From the NCBI GenBank assembly GCA_049472335.1, contig JBLIRO010000047.1, positions 1 through 37,767 of the forward strand: DNA of 37,767 bases, in the 5' to 3' direction. Of this stretch, positions 28,601-37,613 are shown one piece after another. Source of the stretch: a bacterium. GTDB taxonomy: Bacteria; SZUA-182; DTGQ01; JAFGSM01. The notes under the pieces are model-generated. The model had not been told where the DNA came from and ran no database searches. It saw only the letters and a list, made by a program, of their open reading frames with translations. A program made the translations under genes and the position numbers. Positions within the stretch are counted from its first letter, which is position 1; every line of letters begins with the position of its first letter.

Positions 28601-31600
28601 CAGGATATTGACGGTGATGGTATTCTTGATCCCTTTACGGTAGATGATGCTGATCCTACAACAGCAGATATGAAATACAGTATTACATCCTGGGCATACA
28701 ACCGGCTGAATACAGGACCCTTTTACTTATATTTTACAGGACAAGGCGCCCAGGACGTTTACCAGATCTTTCCCGGACAGATACTAAAAGCCTCGGATTT
28801 TAATGATCCCAATAACAGCCTTAAACACTACCTGGACTATTTTCAGGAAGACACTAACCGTAACATAATCTGTCTTTTTGAATTCTCCTCATCAGGCACG
28901 TTTTGCGATGACCTGATAGATCCCGATACCGCTCCTTACAGCCGGACCATCATTACCTGCACAGATGACGGCCCATCCTTTCTGGACCAGGAAGGACAAA
29001 ACTCCTTTACTCTCAAGCTTCTAAATCTTCTCCAGGGCGCCAGCCAGACCGGTATTTTCGAAGATACAGGCATCTCTTATTACCAACGTGTAAGGCTGCT
29101 GCAGAGTCTTTTCTCTCAGGCACGGGAGGCATTTTGGTCCCAGGGACATCCCTTCAACACTCAACCTCCTCAGATGGTCACATCTCAGGGACATAACACA
29201 CTTTGCTCCATAAGTCTTTCAACAGACTCATCCGCCGCTCCTGTTTCCGATACCGGCCAACTCTTAATAACCAATACCGGTCAGAAAATAATTATAACAC
29301 CCAACGGCCACTACCCGGACGGCGATATAAAACTCGGCTCAAATAAGGTCTATTACCATTCATCAGATGAATCCATCCTCCTTATAAATCAGGAGGGAGA
29401 AGCATATGCCAATCCAGATACGGGTTACAACGGCACAGCATATATCCTTGCCACCATCATTGACCCTAATTTCACCCAATCCCCTGAGCATGATCCTGAC
29501 ATTCCACCCCTTGGAGGAGTGACAGGCAAAGTTTCCATTCAGGTAGACATAACCGGGAGAAAGGAAAAAGAGGATCTTCCTAAAGCCATCATAGTGGCAG
29601 GAAGGTGCAATGACCCTTCGGGCTATGACTATCTTTGGGAGAGCACCAACCGTATGGCAAACCATGCATATCATACATTTATTAGCAGAGGTTACGGTTC
29701 ATCCAATATCTGCTACCTGAGCCATGATCCAAACCAAATAGGGGTTGACGGCCCGGAGGCTGATGAGACATTACATGGAATCCTGGAAGAAATATTCACT
29801 GATGCCAATAATCCTTATCTCGATCTCGATGGCCTGACGGATCTTACTATATTTTTAATAGACCATGGGAAGTTCAATAAATTTATCCTTGGACCAACGG
29901 ATGAGGACTATCTTTCCCCAACACTGCTTAATTTCTGGCTTGACAGTATCCAAAAAAAATACCCTGACGCAAAGATAACAGTTATCATCGAGGCATGCTA
30001 CTCAGGCTGCTTTGTAGGTCCTCTCACCCAAGGGACCCGGAACCGAATAGTCATAACCTCCACCCAGGAGACCACCGCCTATCTTGCGGCCAATGGCTGG
30101 GTTTCCTTTACTTATTTTTTCTTTAACTACCTGAAAAGCGGTGCAAGCCTTGCAGATGCCTTTGATGCTGCATACCTGGATATAAGTGCCTTAAGCTGGG
30201 GAGGCATCCAGCATCCCATTATGCAAGACAATCAGGACCGGAAACTTGCCTCAAGGACACTTCTCGGCGGCTCGTTTATCCTTAGCCAGGACCAGCCCTA
30301 TATCATTCAGGTGTCGGAATTTGACGATCCCAATAACCCCGTTTTGTCCCAAACCCCCGTAGATCTGTGGGCCAAGATAACCGACTTGGATGGTGTGGAA
30401 AGAGCGTGGGCCATCATCAGCGCTTCACAGAGCAGCTTACATTTTTCAGGCTCTATGGATGATCCAATAGTGGGACTGCCTACTATCGATCTATCATACA
30501 ATCCCGGCACAAACCTGTATGAAGGCACCTATCAAGGTTTTACCTATACCGGCCCCTATACTATCCTCTTCCTTGCTCAGGATACCAAAGGCATGGTGTC
30601 TTTTCCCAAAACAGTGCACTTGAATGTGGAAGGTTATAATCAGGACAAGGCATTTTTAGTGTTTGATCCCGGCCTTGAAGACAATGTGGACTTTGCCCAG
30701 TGGGTCCTGACAGAGAGACGTTTTCCGATAAATAATATACAAAAGCTGGAAATTGATGGACTATTCTCGGCTCTTTCTTCCATAGATGCTAATCATACCC
30801 TTGACCACCTTCTGCTTTATTTCATTTTAGAAGATATATCATGCATTGACCCGAATAGTCTGGACACACAACTTGACCGGATACAAAAGGATACCAACTG
30901 CACTGTGATTATCCTTGCGGATTCAAACTATTCAGGCCGGTTACTTACACCCATAGGCGGAGAAAACGAAAAAAACAGGATCATTATAACCAGTACGGAT
31001 GCCGATCACCCCACTTCAGACATAGGACTACCCTTTTCCCAATTCTTCTTCTCCGGCATCTATAATGGGATAGATATAAATCAGGCCTACCATTCAGCAA
31101 GGTTTGCATTAGGATTCTTCTCCGGTCAAAATCCTCTTCTAGACGACAATGGAAATGGTCAGGCTCCGGATTACGGTTTGGACTATGACGGTAAATTTGC
31201 AAGCGAAATATACCTGGGCTCACCATTTGAGGTCGTAACAGCAGGCCCCAGGATAACCGTACCATCCGTTGTGCATATAAATGGACTGGAGACATCAACA
31301 GCTATCATATGGGCACAGGTGCGGAACCCGAACAGCTCACTCTGGGCGATTATTAGTCCACCTGATGAGGAAGGTATCTTCGACACAGTGGCGCTTGCCT
31401 ACAATCCTGATAATGAAAGATTTGAGGCAGAGCATGAAAAATTCATAAAACCGGGTGTATACACGGTTGTGGTATATGTGCAGGAACCGGAGGGGCTTCT
31501 TGACTATGATATAAGCTCCTTCATTGTGCTCGAGCCTGATGGGTATGAGGAAGACGATACAATTATACAGGCAAAGCCCATCCTGGTTAATCATATTCCC

Positions 31601-32878
31601 CAGACCCATAGCTTCCATAATCCCAATGATACGGACTTTGTCTATTTCTATGGCTATGAAAACCTTCCCTATCAGGTCAAGGCTGAAAGGGAATGGACAG
31701 ATTGCCAGGTCCTTATGGAGGTCTTTGACTCCAATATGATACCCATGGGTTACCCTTCCCCCTATGCAGTAGGATTTTCAGCCCCTCATAATGGCTTTTA
31801 TTATGCAAGGATATCCTATACCTGCCAGATACTTCCCTCCTTTTATCCTTCATACGATCTTTCGGTAATATGCCCATCTGCGGGAGATGGCTTAAGCGGC
31901 ATCTATGGATGGGTAAGAGATAGTCATACCGGAAAGGGGATTATCAAGGCCAAGGTTTGTTTCACCAATAAGATTCAGCTATGTGGAGAAAGCATGGATG
32001 AGTGGTGGACAAATGAGTCAAACCATGAAATCGGCCTTTTGGAGAAGGGCTTTTTTCTCATCAACAACTTGATTGAGGGAACAGGCAGTTTATCTATCCA
32101 GGCATCCGGGTATCTATCCGATGAATTCGAGATAACGGTTTTTCCCCGTGAGATGTTTAAAACTGTTTGCCATCTGGACAGGGACCAAAACATTCCTGTT
32201 TATGAACCTGCCTTTGATCCTGATATAATAGAAAGGTATATTGGCCTGATAGAAGACCCCAACATCGATATAAAATTAAAATTACTCGAAATCCCACTAC
32301 AAAATGGGTTGAATCTTTTCTCTTATCCGCTTCATTATCCTGTTTCGTATTATGCCAGACAATTTCTGAATACCCATGATCCTGAAGGAACTTCCAGTGG
32401 GCCGGAGTGGTTTTCCGGGATGAGATATTACAATTACAGCACAGGGAGTGTAGAAACCTGCTATTTTGTGTTTTCAGACGAACAAGACAAGTGGACTATA
32501 GAAAGCTCTGATTCAAATAATCCATTAGGATTTTCAATAAGATCAGGGGAAGGTTATGCCATCTATATGCAAAAGGGGAAAAACCTCTTGTTTCCTTTTC
32601 CGCCCCCCAATCAACCTATTTTCTTAAAGGAGGGCATAAATTGGGTGGGGGTTCCAAGCCCGCCTCCCGGATATACCTCATATGTTATGCTGCAGGATAT
32701 CGGCACTTCTGATGAGATTTTGAGTATTTCAGGCTATAATCCCATTACAGGGCAGAGGGAGGAGACCTACTGGAAGTTTGGCAAACCCGGCGGGAAGGAT
32801 TTCACCATACTCTCCGGCCAGGGATTTTGGGTATTTATGAAAACAGAAAAAACCTGGCTGCCGGGATTTGGTCCATAA
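25616..32878 (+). CDS. Giant secreted protein: 21 LVIVD repeats, three clan-CD (C13/caspase-fold) peptidase-like domains, Ig/PPC-like and carboxypeptidase-regulatory-like domains, two C-terminal 'LxxGxNxxxxP...GxG[YF]' repeats
   Basis: Signal peptide from MLSKKRGF...FNCYG; ~42-aa YAYVAD..GL.I.D.S.P..P repeats (~25720-28430); IFLIDHG (29861-29869) and IIEACYSG (Cys 29996-29998); DGYEEDD; GIYGWVRDSHTGKGI. Confidence 0.9.
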   Translation: MLSKKRGFYKKVFCLLVFLYLSIILFSFNCYGKDKINLDLLGKWEGGYSFYCAEIIQDMAVVGSPVYAFCGTNKGLLILNITDPNNPDTIGSLDIGNVDDIAIFKANSNSYNYAALANGTNGLVIVDISDITNPFYAGGFDTQGISYNVVVSENYAYMSDWDKGLIIIDISNPTKPVYTGGYDTKGWASDVVISGNYAYVSDSEKGLAIIDISNPQIPVYTGGCDTEGVAQGVAFFGDYAFVADGENGLVIIEITDPAKPAYRGKYDTQGNVRSVTISGNFAHIADSQKGFVIVDLSDPINPVYAGGYRTEGLPEIVTVFGSYACVADWEKGLFIIDISKLKIPSCVGQYDTFYACGLAINEDLVYVADGENGLVIINVSDPNTPSYTGKYNTQGYAWGVAVSGSYAFVADGDNGLVVIDITNPGSPSYKGGYNTQGKALGVAVSGSHAFVADGDNGLVIVDITNPGIPFRAGRYNTQGEARGVAISGSYAYVADGENGLVVIKISNPTSPSYEGKYDYFQGNAEDVSILDNYAYVAYSENGLVVIDISEPNDPSYIGWYNTQGYARGIAMSKDYAYIADGENGLVVVDITDPDPRGYAYAGGYNTQGDAGDVAISGNYAYIADGENGLVIIDVTDTTDNALSGRVDTYGLAMSVAVSGDYAYIAYGESGLVILDISYPDIPVFAGRCDTNDAYRVTLSGNYAYVADWEKGLLIIDVSNPEDPIYTGGYKMKGYTYAVAVSGNYAFVVSGSAGLTVIDISDPNAPFYAGKYDANGYAYNIAISDNNKYAYVADWDNGLEILNITTPAAPSLVGRFEIQDEAQAVAISGDYAFVAYGDIDITRHPGGLKIIDISVPTAPSYVGEYQTPFAYDASVSGTYIYIADASIGIVALDISNPAFPVYAGAFDKEIPFSVFVSGSYAYVTTIGVKDTKGFSIIKIIDSPLPQGNSIICATGPASADNPLWPPSERLANLACATFLNQNYTHSFIYYLNPKPHQDIDGDGILDPFTVDDADPTTADMKYSITSWAYNRLNTGPFYLYFTGQGAQDVYQIFPGQILKASDFNDPNNSLKHYLDYFQEDTNRNIICLFEFSSSGTFCDDLIDPDTAPYSRTIITCTDDGPSFLDQEGQNSFTLKLLNLLQGASQTGIFEDTGISYYQRVRLLQSLFSQAREAFWSQGHPFNTQPPQMVTSQGHNTLCSISLSTDSSAAPVSDTGQLLITNTGQKIIITPNGHYPDGDIKLGSNKVYYHSSDESILLINQEGEAYANPDTGYNGTAYILATIIDPNFTQSPEHDPDIPPLGGVTGKVSIQVDITGRKEKEDLPKAIIVAGRCNDPSGYDYLWESTNRMANHAYHTFISRGYGSSNICYLSHDPNQIGVDGPEADETLHGILEEIFTDANNPYLDLDGLTDLTIFLIDHGKFNKFILGPTDEDYLSPTLLNFWLDSIQKKYPDAKITVIIEACYSGCFVGPLTQGTRNRIVITSTQETTAYLAANGWVSFTYFFFNYLKSGASLADAFDAAYLDISALSWGGIQHPIMQDNQDRKLASRTLLGGSFILSQDQPYIIQVSEFDDPNNPVLSQTPVDLWAKITDLDGVERAWAIISASQSSLHFSGSMDDPIVGLPTIDLSYNPGTNLYEGTYQGFTYTGPYTILFLAQDTKGMVSFPKTVHLNVEGYNQDKAFLVFDPGLEDNVDFAQWVLTERRFPINNIQKLEIDGLFSALSSIDANHTLDHLLLYFILEDISCIDPNSLDTQLDRIQKDTNCTVIILADSNYSGRLLTPIGGENEKNRIIITSTDADHPTSDIGLPFSQFFFSGIYNGIDINQAYHSARFALGFFSGQNPLLDDNGNGQAPDYGLDYDGKFASEIYLGSPFEVVTAGPRITVPSVVHINGLETSTAIIWAQVRNPNSSLWAIISPPDEEGIFDTVALAYNPDNERFEAEHEKFIKPGVYTVVVYVQEPEGLLDYDISSFIVLEPDGYEEDDTIIQAKPILVNHIPQTHSFHNPNDTDFVYFYGYENLPYQVKAEREWTDCQVLMEVFDSNMIPMGYPSPYAVGFSAPHNGFYYARISYTCQILPSFYPSYDLSVICPSAGDGLSGIYGWVRDSHTGKGIIKAKVCFTNKIQLCGESMDEWWTNESNHEIGLLEKGFFLINNLIEGTGSLSIQASGYLSDEFEITVFPREMFKTVCHLDRDQNIPVYEPAFDPDIIERYIGLIEDPNIDIKLKLLEIPLQNGLNLFSYPLHYPVSYYARQFLNTHDPEGTSSGPEWFSGMRYYNYSTGSVETCYFVFSDEQDKWTIESSDSNNPLGFSIRSGEGYAIYMQKGKNLLFPFPPPNQPIFLKEGINWVGVPSPPPGYTSYVMLQDIGTSDEILSISGYNPITGQREETYWKFGKPGGKDFTILSGQGFWVFMKTEKTWLPGFGP
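26789..27166 (+). repeat. Three highly similar 126-bp LVIVD repeat units
   Basis: Units start at 26789, 26915 and 27041; long identical runs such as GGCGTTGCCGTATCAGGAAGC and GCCTTCGTTGCTGATGGAGATAACGGCCTTGT. Confidence 0.85.
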
Positions 32879-32960
32879 AAGTCTATAAAGGATCAATTTG
32901 TGGCAGTTTGAGGCATAAAACCAAGGGGGACATGTTTTGGATAATAGATTAACAACAGGC

Positions 32961-34868
32961 ATGAAGGCTATGATTATTCTATTGTGTATTTTAGTGGTCC
33001 TCTTTCTTATTTCTTTTCAATGCTCTGCATTTCCGGTCTGGCCTCCTGAAGATAGTGAAGATAGAATCGGGATTAATGATAATGATACAAAGGAGTTTTT
33101 TGATTTTAATCAACCGAGTCCTATCATAGAATATCATGCAGGAGACGACTGGACAGCATTCCCTGACAAACTCACTAATAAAGCCCATAAACCCTATGCA
33201 GTTCAAATTCTTTTTGACACCAATATTAATGTGGATAATCGCAATCTTGTTTTAGGAGTTACATCCGATGCCCCGGATCAAATACTGGATATCTATTTTG
33301 ATAACCACCATGTAGGAGAGGAGATAATTCAGATAGGACTGTTTCGCCTTGTTACCTTTTGGCTGGGCAAAATAGAGAAAGGATTTCACAAGATTACAAT
33401 TGTCAATCAGGCGTCCGAAGATCCGGATACGGCAGGTGGAATCCTGTTTGATTTTCTTGAGCTGGTTTCCCCCTCTCTCCGAAAGATAACCATACCTGAT
33501 GATGATCCCAATTTCACAATCACAACAATCTCAGATGGAATTCTGAAGGCTGTTCCCGGCGACACTCTCTATGTAAAAAAGGGTATCTATAATGAAAATA
33601 TAATCCTAAAATCCGGCATCATCCTGGAAGGAGAAGACCCTGGTGCGACAATCATTGACGGAATGGGTAAAACAGTGATCGTTGGGGCCTACCAAAGCCA
33701 GGTTAAAGGTTTCACTATCAGGCACGGGGTGGCCGGGAATCAAGGAGTTGGAGTAAAGGTTTATCATGATTTAATGAGCCTTTCAAACAATATTATCCTT
33801 TCCTGTTCTATAGGCGTATCCTTGAGTGGACAGGATTTAATTCTTTCCAACAATACAATAGCTGAAAACGACTGTTGCGTGTATATCCGGAAGCTCGATG
33901 CGAACTCGCCCGATCCAGGCTTAAAATGCAAAAACAATATCTTCATTAATTCCAATTGTGCCGTCTATGTATTTTCTGACAGCAACAGCGTTTATGGTAT
34001 AGACCCAAATAATATAAATCAGGTCATTGCTGAATTCAGTTATAACAATGTGTCAACCAATTTAGAGCTGTTCGTGTCACGGACACATGAAAATATTTTC
34101 GGTTTTGGCAGGGGTAACATACAAACCGATCCTTTCTTTGTGGACTCCAATGAGGGTGATTATCACCTTAGATCTTATTCCCGTTGTATAGATGCCGGTG
34201 ATCCAAATGCAGGCTTTCTTCAGGAACCTGCCCCTAACGGACAAAGAATAAATATGGGTGCCTTTGGAAACACCCCTGGCGCCACGAGAACTTTGGATCA
34301 GGATGGGGACGGAGTAAAGGATTACATTGAAGGTCCGGCGGATAGAGATCTTGATGGGAAACAGGATTGGTCGGACAAACAAACCGGAGCCTTTATGCCG
34401 GCGGCAGGGAATAATGAGATCTGGATTTCCATGGAGGGAGATGCAAATATGCCTCTTGCCTTTAAGGAAATAAGGGCTGTTGAAAAGACTGAGCCAAACA
34501 TTTCAGGATTCCCTATGCCTGTATCACATATCTTATTTGGATTCTGGGGATTTAAAATCATTAACCTGGATCATGGCGCCAAGATCACCGTTATGATACA
34601 TTTCCCCCAGGAGCTTTTTGAGAATCCAGGCTATATTGCCTACGATCCCAATAATGGCTGGGTGGAAATACCCATAAGACAAGACGTATCAGGCAAGGCC
34701 ATTTCCATTGATTTATCTGATGGAGACACAGGTGATTTGGACCGGACACCTAACGGCCTTATCTCTCATATCGGAGGGATCAGCGTTGATTTTCCTATTC
34801 ATGATGACCTTGGCTCCATCGATTGTTTTATCCGGTCTTTAAGGGCCCCCCAAAATAAGAGTTTCTAG
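32961..34868 (+). CDS. Secreted protein with right-handed beta-helix (pectin-lyase fold), choice-of-anchor-U-like domain and terminal CFI-box
   Basis: Signal peptide MKAMIILL...QCSA; GDTLYVKKGIYNE, NNII/NNTI repeats, DPFFVD..GDYHL...CIDAG, RINMGAFGNT; LSDGDTGDLDRTPNGLI; DCFIRSL. Confidence 0.85.
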   Translation: MKAMIILLCILVVLFLISFQCSAFPVWPPEDSEDRIGINDNDTKEFFDFNQPSPIIEYHAGDDWTAFPDKLTNKAHKPYAVQILFDTNINVDNRNLVLGVTSDAPDQILDIYFDNHHVGEEIIQIGLFRLVTFWLGKIEKGFHKITIVNQASEDPDTAGGILFDFLELVSPSLRKITIPDDDPNFTITTISDGILKAVPGDTLYVKKGIYNENIILKSGIILEGEDPGATIIDGMGKTVIVGAYQSQVKGFTIRHGVAGNQGVGVKVYHDLMSLSNNIILSCSIGVSLSGQDLILSNNTIAENDCCVYIRKLDANSPDPGLKCKNNIFINSNCAVYVFSDSNSVYGIDPNNINQVIAEFSYNNVSTNLELFVSRTHENIFGFGRGNIQTDPFFVDSNEGDYHLRSYSRCIDAGDPNAGFLQEPAPNGQRINMGAFGNTPGATRTLDQDGDGVKDYIEGPADRDLDGKQDWSDKQTGAFMPAAGNNEIWISMEGDANMPLAFKEIRAVEKTEPNISGFPMPVSHILFGFWGFKIINLDHGAKITVMIHFPQELFENPGYIAYDPNNGWVEIPIRQDVSGKAISIDLSDGDTGDLDRTPNGLISHIGGISVDFPIHDDLGSIDCFIRSLRAPQNKSF

Positions 34869-34980
34869 CTTTACAATTATCAAAGTATAAGTAAAAAAGC
34901 CATTGACAGGTTCTCCCTCATTATGAGATTATCATATAATATTTTTTCCACTCAACAGTTCATAGACTTTGAAGGACTTT

Positions 34981-35976
34981 ATGGTGAAATCAAAATTCTC
35001 TGAAAAAGTACCTACTTTTCACTTTTTTTGCCATCGCAGAAATTCTTTGCACAAGATGTTGATATTTATTATAACTCTGATCCTTCTTTCATGGTTCGTC
35101 CATGCAAACAGGTTATCGGCATGGACTGCAAGGCTATATGTAGAGGATAAAGATCTCGGGATTATTAGTGTTATGATAGGCGTTGCTTCCAAAGCTCATA
35201 AAAAAATCTGGGAACATCAGCCAGATCCGAATTCCGTAATTTTGATTTTATATAACCCGGAGTTGATCCCACTCCTAGAGGATATCCGCCAAGAAGGTAA
35301 TAGGGAATATACCTGGATAATCTTTGTAAACCCATATGGGGATCGCCAAGTAGATCCCTCTCGGACAACAGCAACGCTCAGATGGGACCTCTCTTCATTG
35401 AGTGTGTATGATTTAAAAGATCCCACCGGTTTTGTGGTCAAATTGCGGGACGCCTCAGCCTCAGATCCTTTATCCCTCTTCCTCCGGGAAAAATTTTCTT
35501 CAATTACTCAGCAGCACTTAAGCGAATATGATAAATCCAGCCCTCCACCGGAATCATTGCAATTGGCTTTGATTAATGAGCTTAACGATCTGATCCGAGG
35601 TCCTTCAATTTATGATAAAGATCGTTTTGCGCATGTAACCCTGAGCCAGGATGCTCAACTTCTCATTGAACAAAACCCGGAAGGAGAAGGGCTTAGGTGT
35701 CTTAACCGGTTACTGTTGGATGAGGCTTACCCACAAGAAATAGCTAAGAGCCCTAAATTTAATCCAGGCACTTATGAGTTATTGGGCCCTGGTGGAACAT
35801 TAAAAGTTGCTGTGGCAGACATGAAAACAACAGAATCATATGTCGTAAAGGTAATACAACATTTAACCCTGGTTTTCACGGAATCTGACAATGATAATGA
35901 TGACATAAATACAACCATCCATTCTGAGGACAACGGTGATGGAGGCTGCTTTATCGCAACGTGTGTTTTACAATAA
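34981..35976 (+). CDS. Exported hypothetical protein with helical insert, acidic linker and terminal GGCFIAT (CFI-box)
   Basis: Hydrophobic signal MLIFIITLILLSWFVHA (the start may be 35056); ends DNGDGGCFIATCVLQ*. Confidence 0.75.
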   Translation: MVKSKFSEKVPTFHFFCHRRNSLHKMLIFIITLILLSWFVHANRLSAWTARLYVEDKDLGIISVMIGVASKAHKKIWEHQPDPNSVILILYNPELIPLLEDIRQEGNREYTWIIFVNPYGDRQVDPSRTTATLRWDLSSLSVYDLKDPTGFVVKLRDASASDPLSLFLREKFSSITQQHLSEYDKSSPPPESLQLALINELNDLIRGPSIYDKDRFAHVTLSQDAQLLIEQNPEGEGLRCLNRLLLDEAYPQEIAKSPKFNPGTYELLGPGGTLKVAVADMKTTESYVVKVIQHLTLVFTESDNDNDDINTTIHSEDNGDGGCFIATCVLQ

Positions 35977-36096
35977 AAGGAGCCGGTTCCAATAAAAGGG
36001 GTTCTATTTTTTGTTTTTTTCATGTGAGGACACCCCTTAGATATTAAATTGTTTTGTTCACGGGAGCAAGCAAAAAATACAAATTAAAATTGAAAA

Positions 36097-36168
36097 ATGA
36101 AAAATGCAAGGCACGATTTTGGAGACAGGCTGATTGGTTTTGCAGCCTAGGCTATTAGGTTAGTACAA
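36097..36168 (+). pseudogene. Remnant of a four-helix-bundle (23S rRNA IVP-like) protein gene preceded by AAATGAA-type heptamers
   Basis: MKNARHDFGDRLIGFAA*AIRLVQ resembles the family start 'DLEDRLIxFAxxIIxLV'; in-frame TAG at 36148-36150. Confidence 0.5.
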
Positions 36169-36224
36169 ATGAAAAAAAGTAAGGTTTGTAAACAACGTCC
36201 CTTAAATCCTACTTAAATTCTAAA

Positions 36225-37613
36225 TCAATAATAGAAAATAATGGAGGAATAAAGATAATGCTGCCTTACATTTGAGGATATCTTTTGATTTACCAGAGAT
36301 TCTGCGTCTTTTTTTTCCCCGAAACGGTATTGGTAAGCAATATCAAAAACGGAATTTTTAAGCAAAAATCCACTGCCAAGACTTACACCATAAAAATCAT
36401 CCGCACTTCCGCTTGCCGGCTCCGGGTCATAAAATATTCCCGCCCTTAGAGGAAAGATCTGCTGCCGATAATATACCAGATACTCCGCGCCTAATCTTAT
36501 TTGTGTAATGTTTTGAATATCAGCTTCATGTTTGGCTTTATTATTGATTGGGCTGATCTTTTCTCCTGAAGGATAACTGATAAGATAATCCTCCCAATGA
36601 GTACGGTAAAGATCCAGGGCCATTAAAAAGTTGTCTGAGAAACGAAAGGAACAGCCAAGACCATAGGAAACAGGCATCTTTAGTGTGAGATTTTCCCTCA
36701 AGGTATATGATGAATAATTATTTTGATTCGGATCGTTCGGGTATTCATCTATAAAGGAATGCTGAAAATTATGTCTGAGACTGGCCTTAAAGGGGGTCTT
36801 TATCACTCCCCCAAGGGAAAACCGGGGCCCTGGTTTCCAAAGAAAACCCAGGTTGACATTGAAGCAGTCAAAATCAAAGATATTTAAACCGGAAAACTCA
36901 TATCGTTCATACAATTCCGCGTATTTTTCGATCCTTTTCCCCAGGGATGTACCTTCTCCTTCAACAATATTGAGGTTTTCCCAATAGTTATTAATAGGCT
37001 TATCGAGCCATAGATTGGCAGTCACTCCGATATAAAGTGAAGGAATAATCTGGATAGCGAAAGCCGGGGAAAGGGTTGTCAAAGCCCCCTTTTGCATTTT
37101 TCTGGAGGTCATTCCGGGAATATCCGCGATGATTGCACCCGTATCAGGTTCCTCAAAGCGATATGGAAAAACAGATAAGGTGTCTTTGGAAAATTCATAA
37201 AGATGTTGATAATTCAAAGAAAAAACCGTATTTCTTCTGAAAAGGATAAAAGGAATTACCGCACTGAAATAATTAAGGCGCCACTGGCCATGAGACAGAT
37301 CGTCTATTCTTTCATCAATTGATAATGTTTCGTATTTAAATCTTCCGATATAATAGGAACCCACTATGGACATCTCCGGCTTTGTAAGATTTAACAGGGC
37401 GCCGGGATTCCATGAGGCTGCAGTAGCATCATCCGCTATGGAAATAAACGCTCCCCCGATTCCCAGTGCCCTTGCCCCTGAACCTACAGGATTTGGCGTG
37501 GAACTCATTTTCATATCAGGGAAGATGATTGCGTGCACTAATACTGCTTTGTAAATAATACATAAAACTATAATAGTGAAAGCCAAAACAAATTTTCTCA
37601 ATTGTATTTTCAC
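36225..37613 (-). CDS. OmpP1/FadL/PorV-like outer-membrane beta-barrel protein
   Basis: Signal peptide; PNPVGSGARALGIGGAFISIADDATAASWNPGAL; RLGAEY, LRAGIFYDP, DIAYQY; aromatic C-terminus IIFYY. Confidence 0.88.
   Translation of the reverse strand: MKIQLRKFVLAFTIIVLCIIYKAVLVHAIIFPDMKMSSTPNPVGSGARALGIGGAFISIADDATAASWNPGALLNLTKPEMSIVGSYYIGRFKYETLSIDERIDDLSHGQWRLNYFSAVIPFILFRRNTVFSLNYQHLYEFSKDTLSVFPYRFEEPDTGAIIADIPGMTSRKMQKGALTTLSPAFAIQIIPSLYIGVTANLWLDKPINNYWENLNIVEGEGTSLGKRIEKYAELYERYEFSGLNIFDFDCFNVNLGFLWKPGPRFSLGGVIKTPFKASLRHNFQHSFIDEYPNDPNQNNYSSYTLRENLTLKMPVSYGLGCSFRFSDNFLMALDLYRTHWEDYLISYPSGEKISPINNKAKHEADIQNITQIRLGAEYLVYYRQQIFPLRAGIFYDPEPASGSADDFYGVSLGSGFLLKNSVFDIAYQYRFGEKKDAESLVNQKISSNVRQHYLYSSIIFYY

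Noticed and set aside
34903..34940. sigma70 promoter at TTGACA 34903
   Set aside because: No good -10 hexamer at 16-18 bp spacing.
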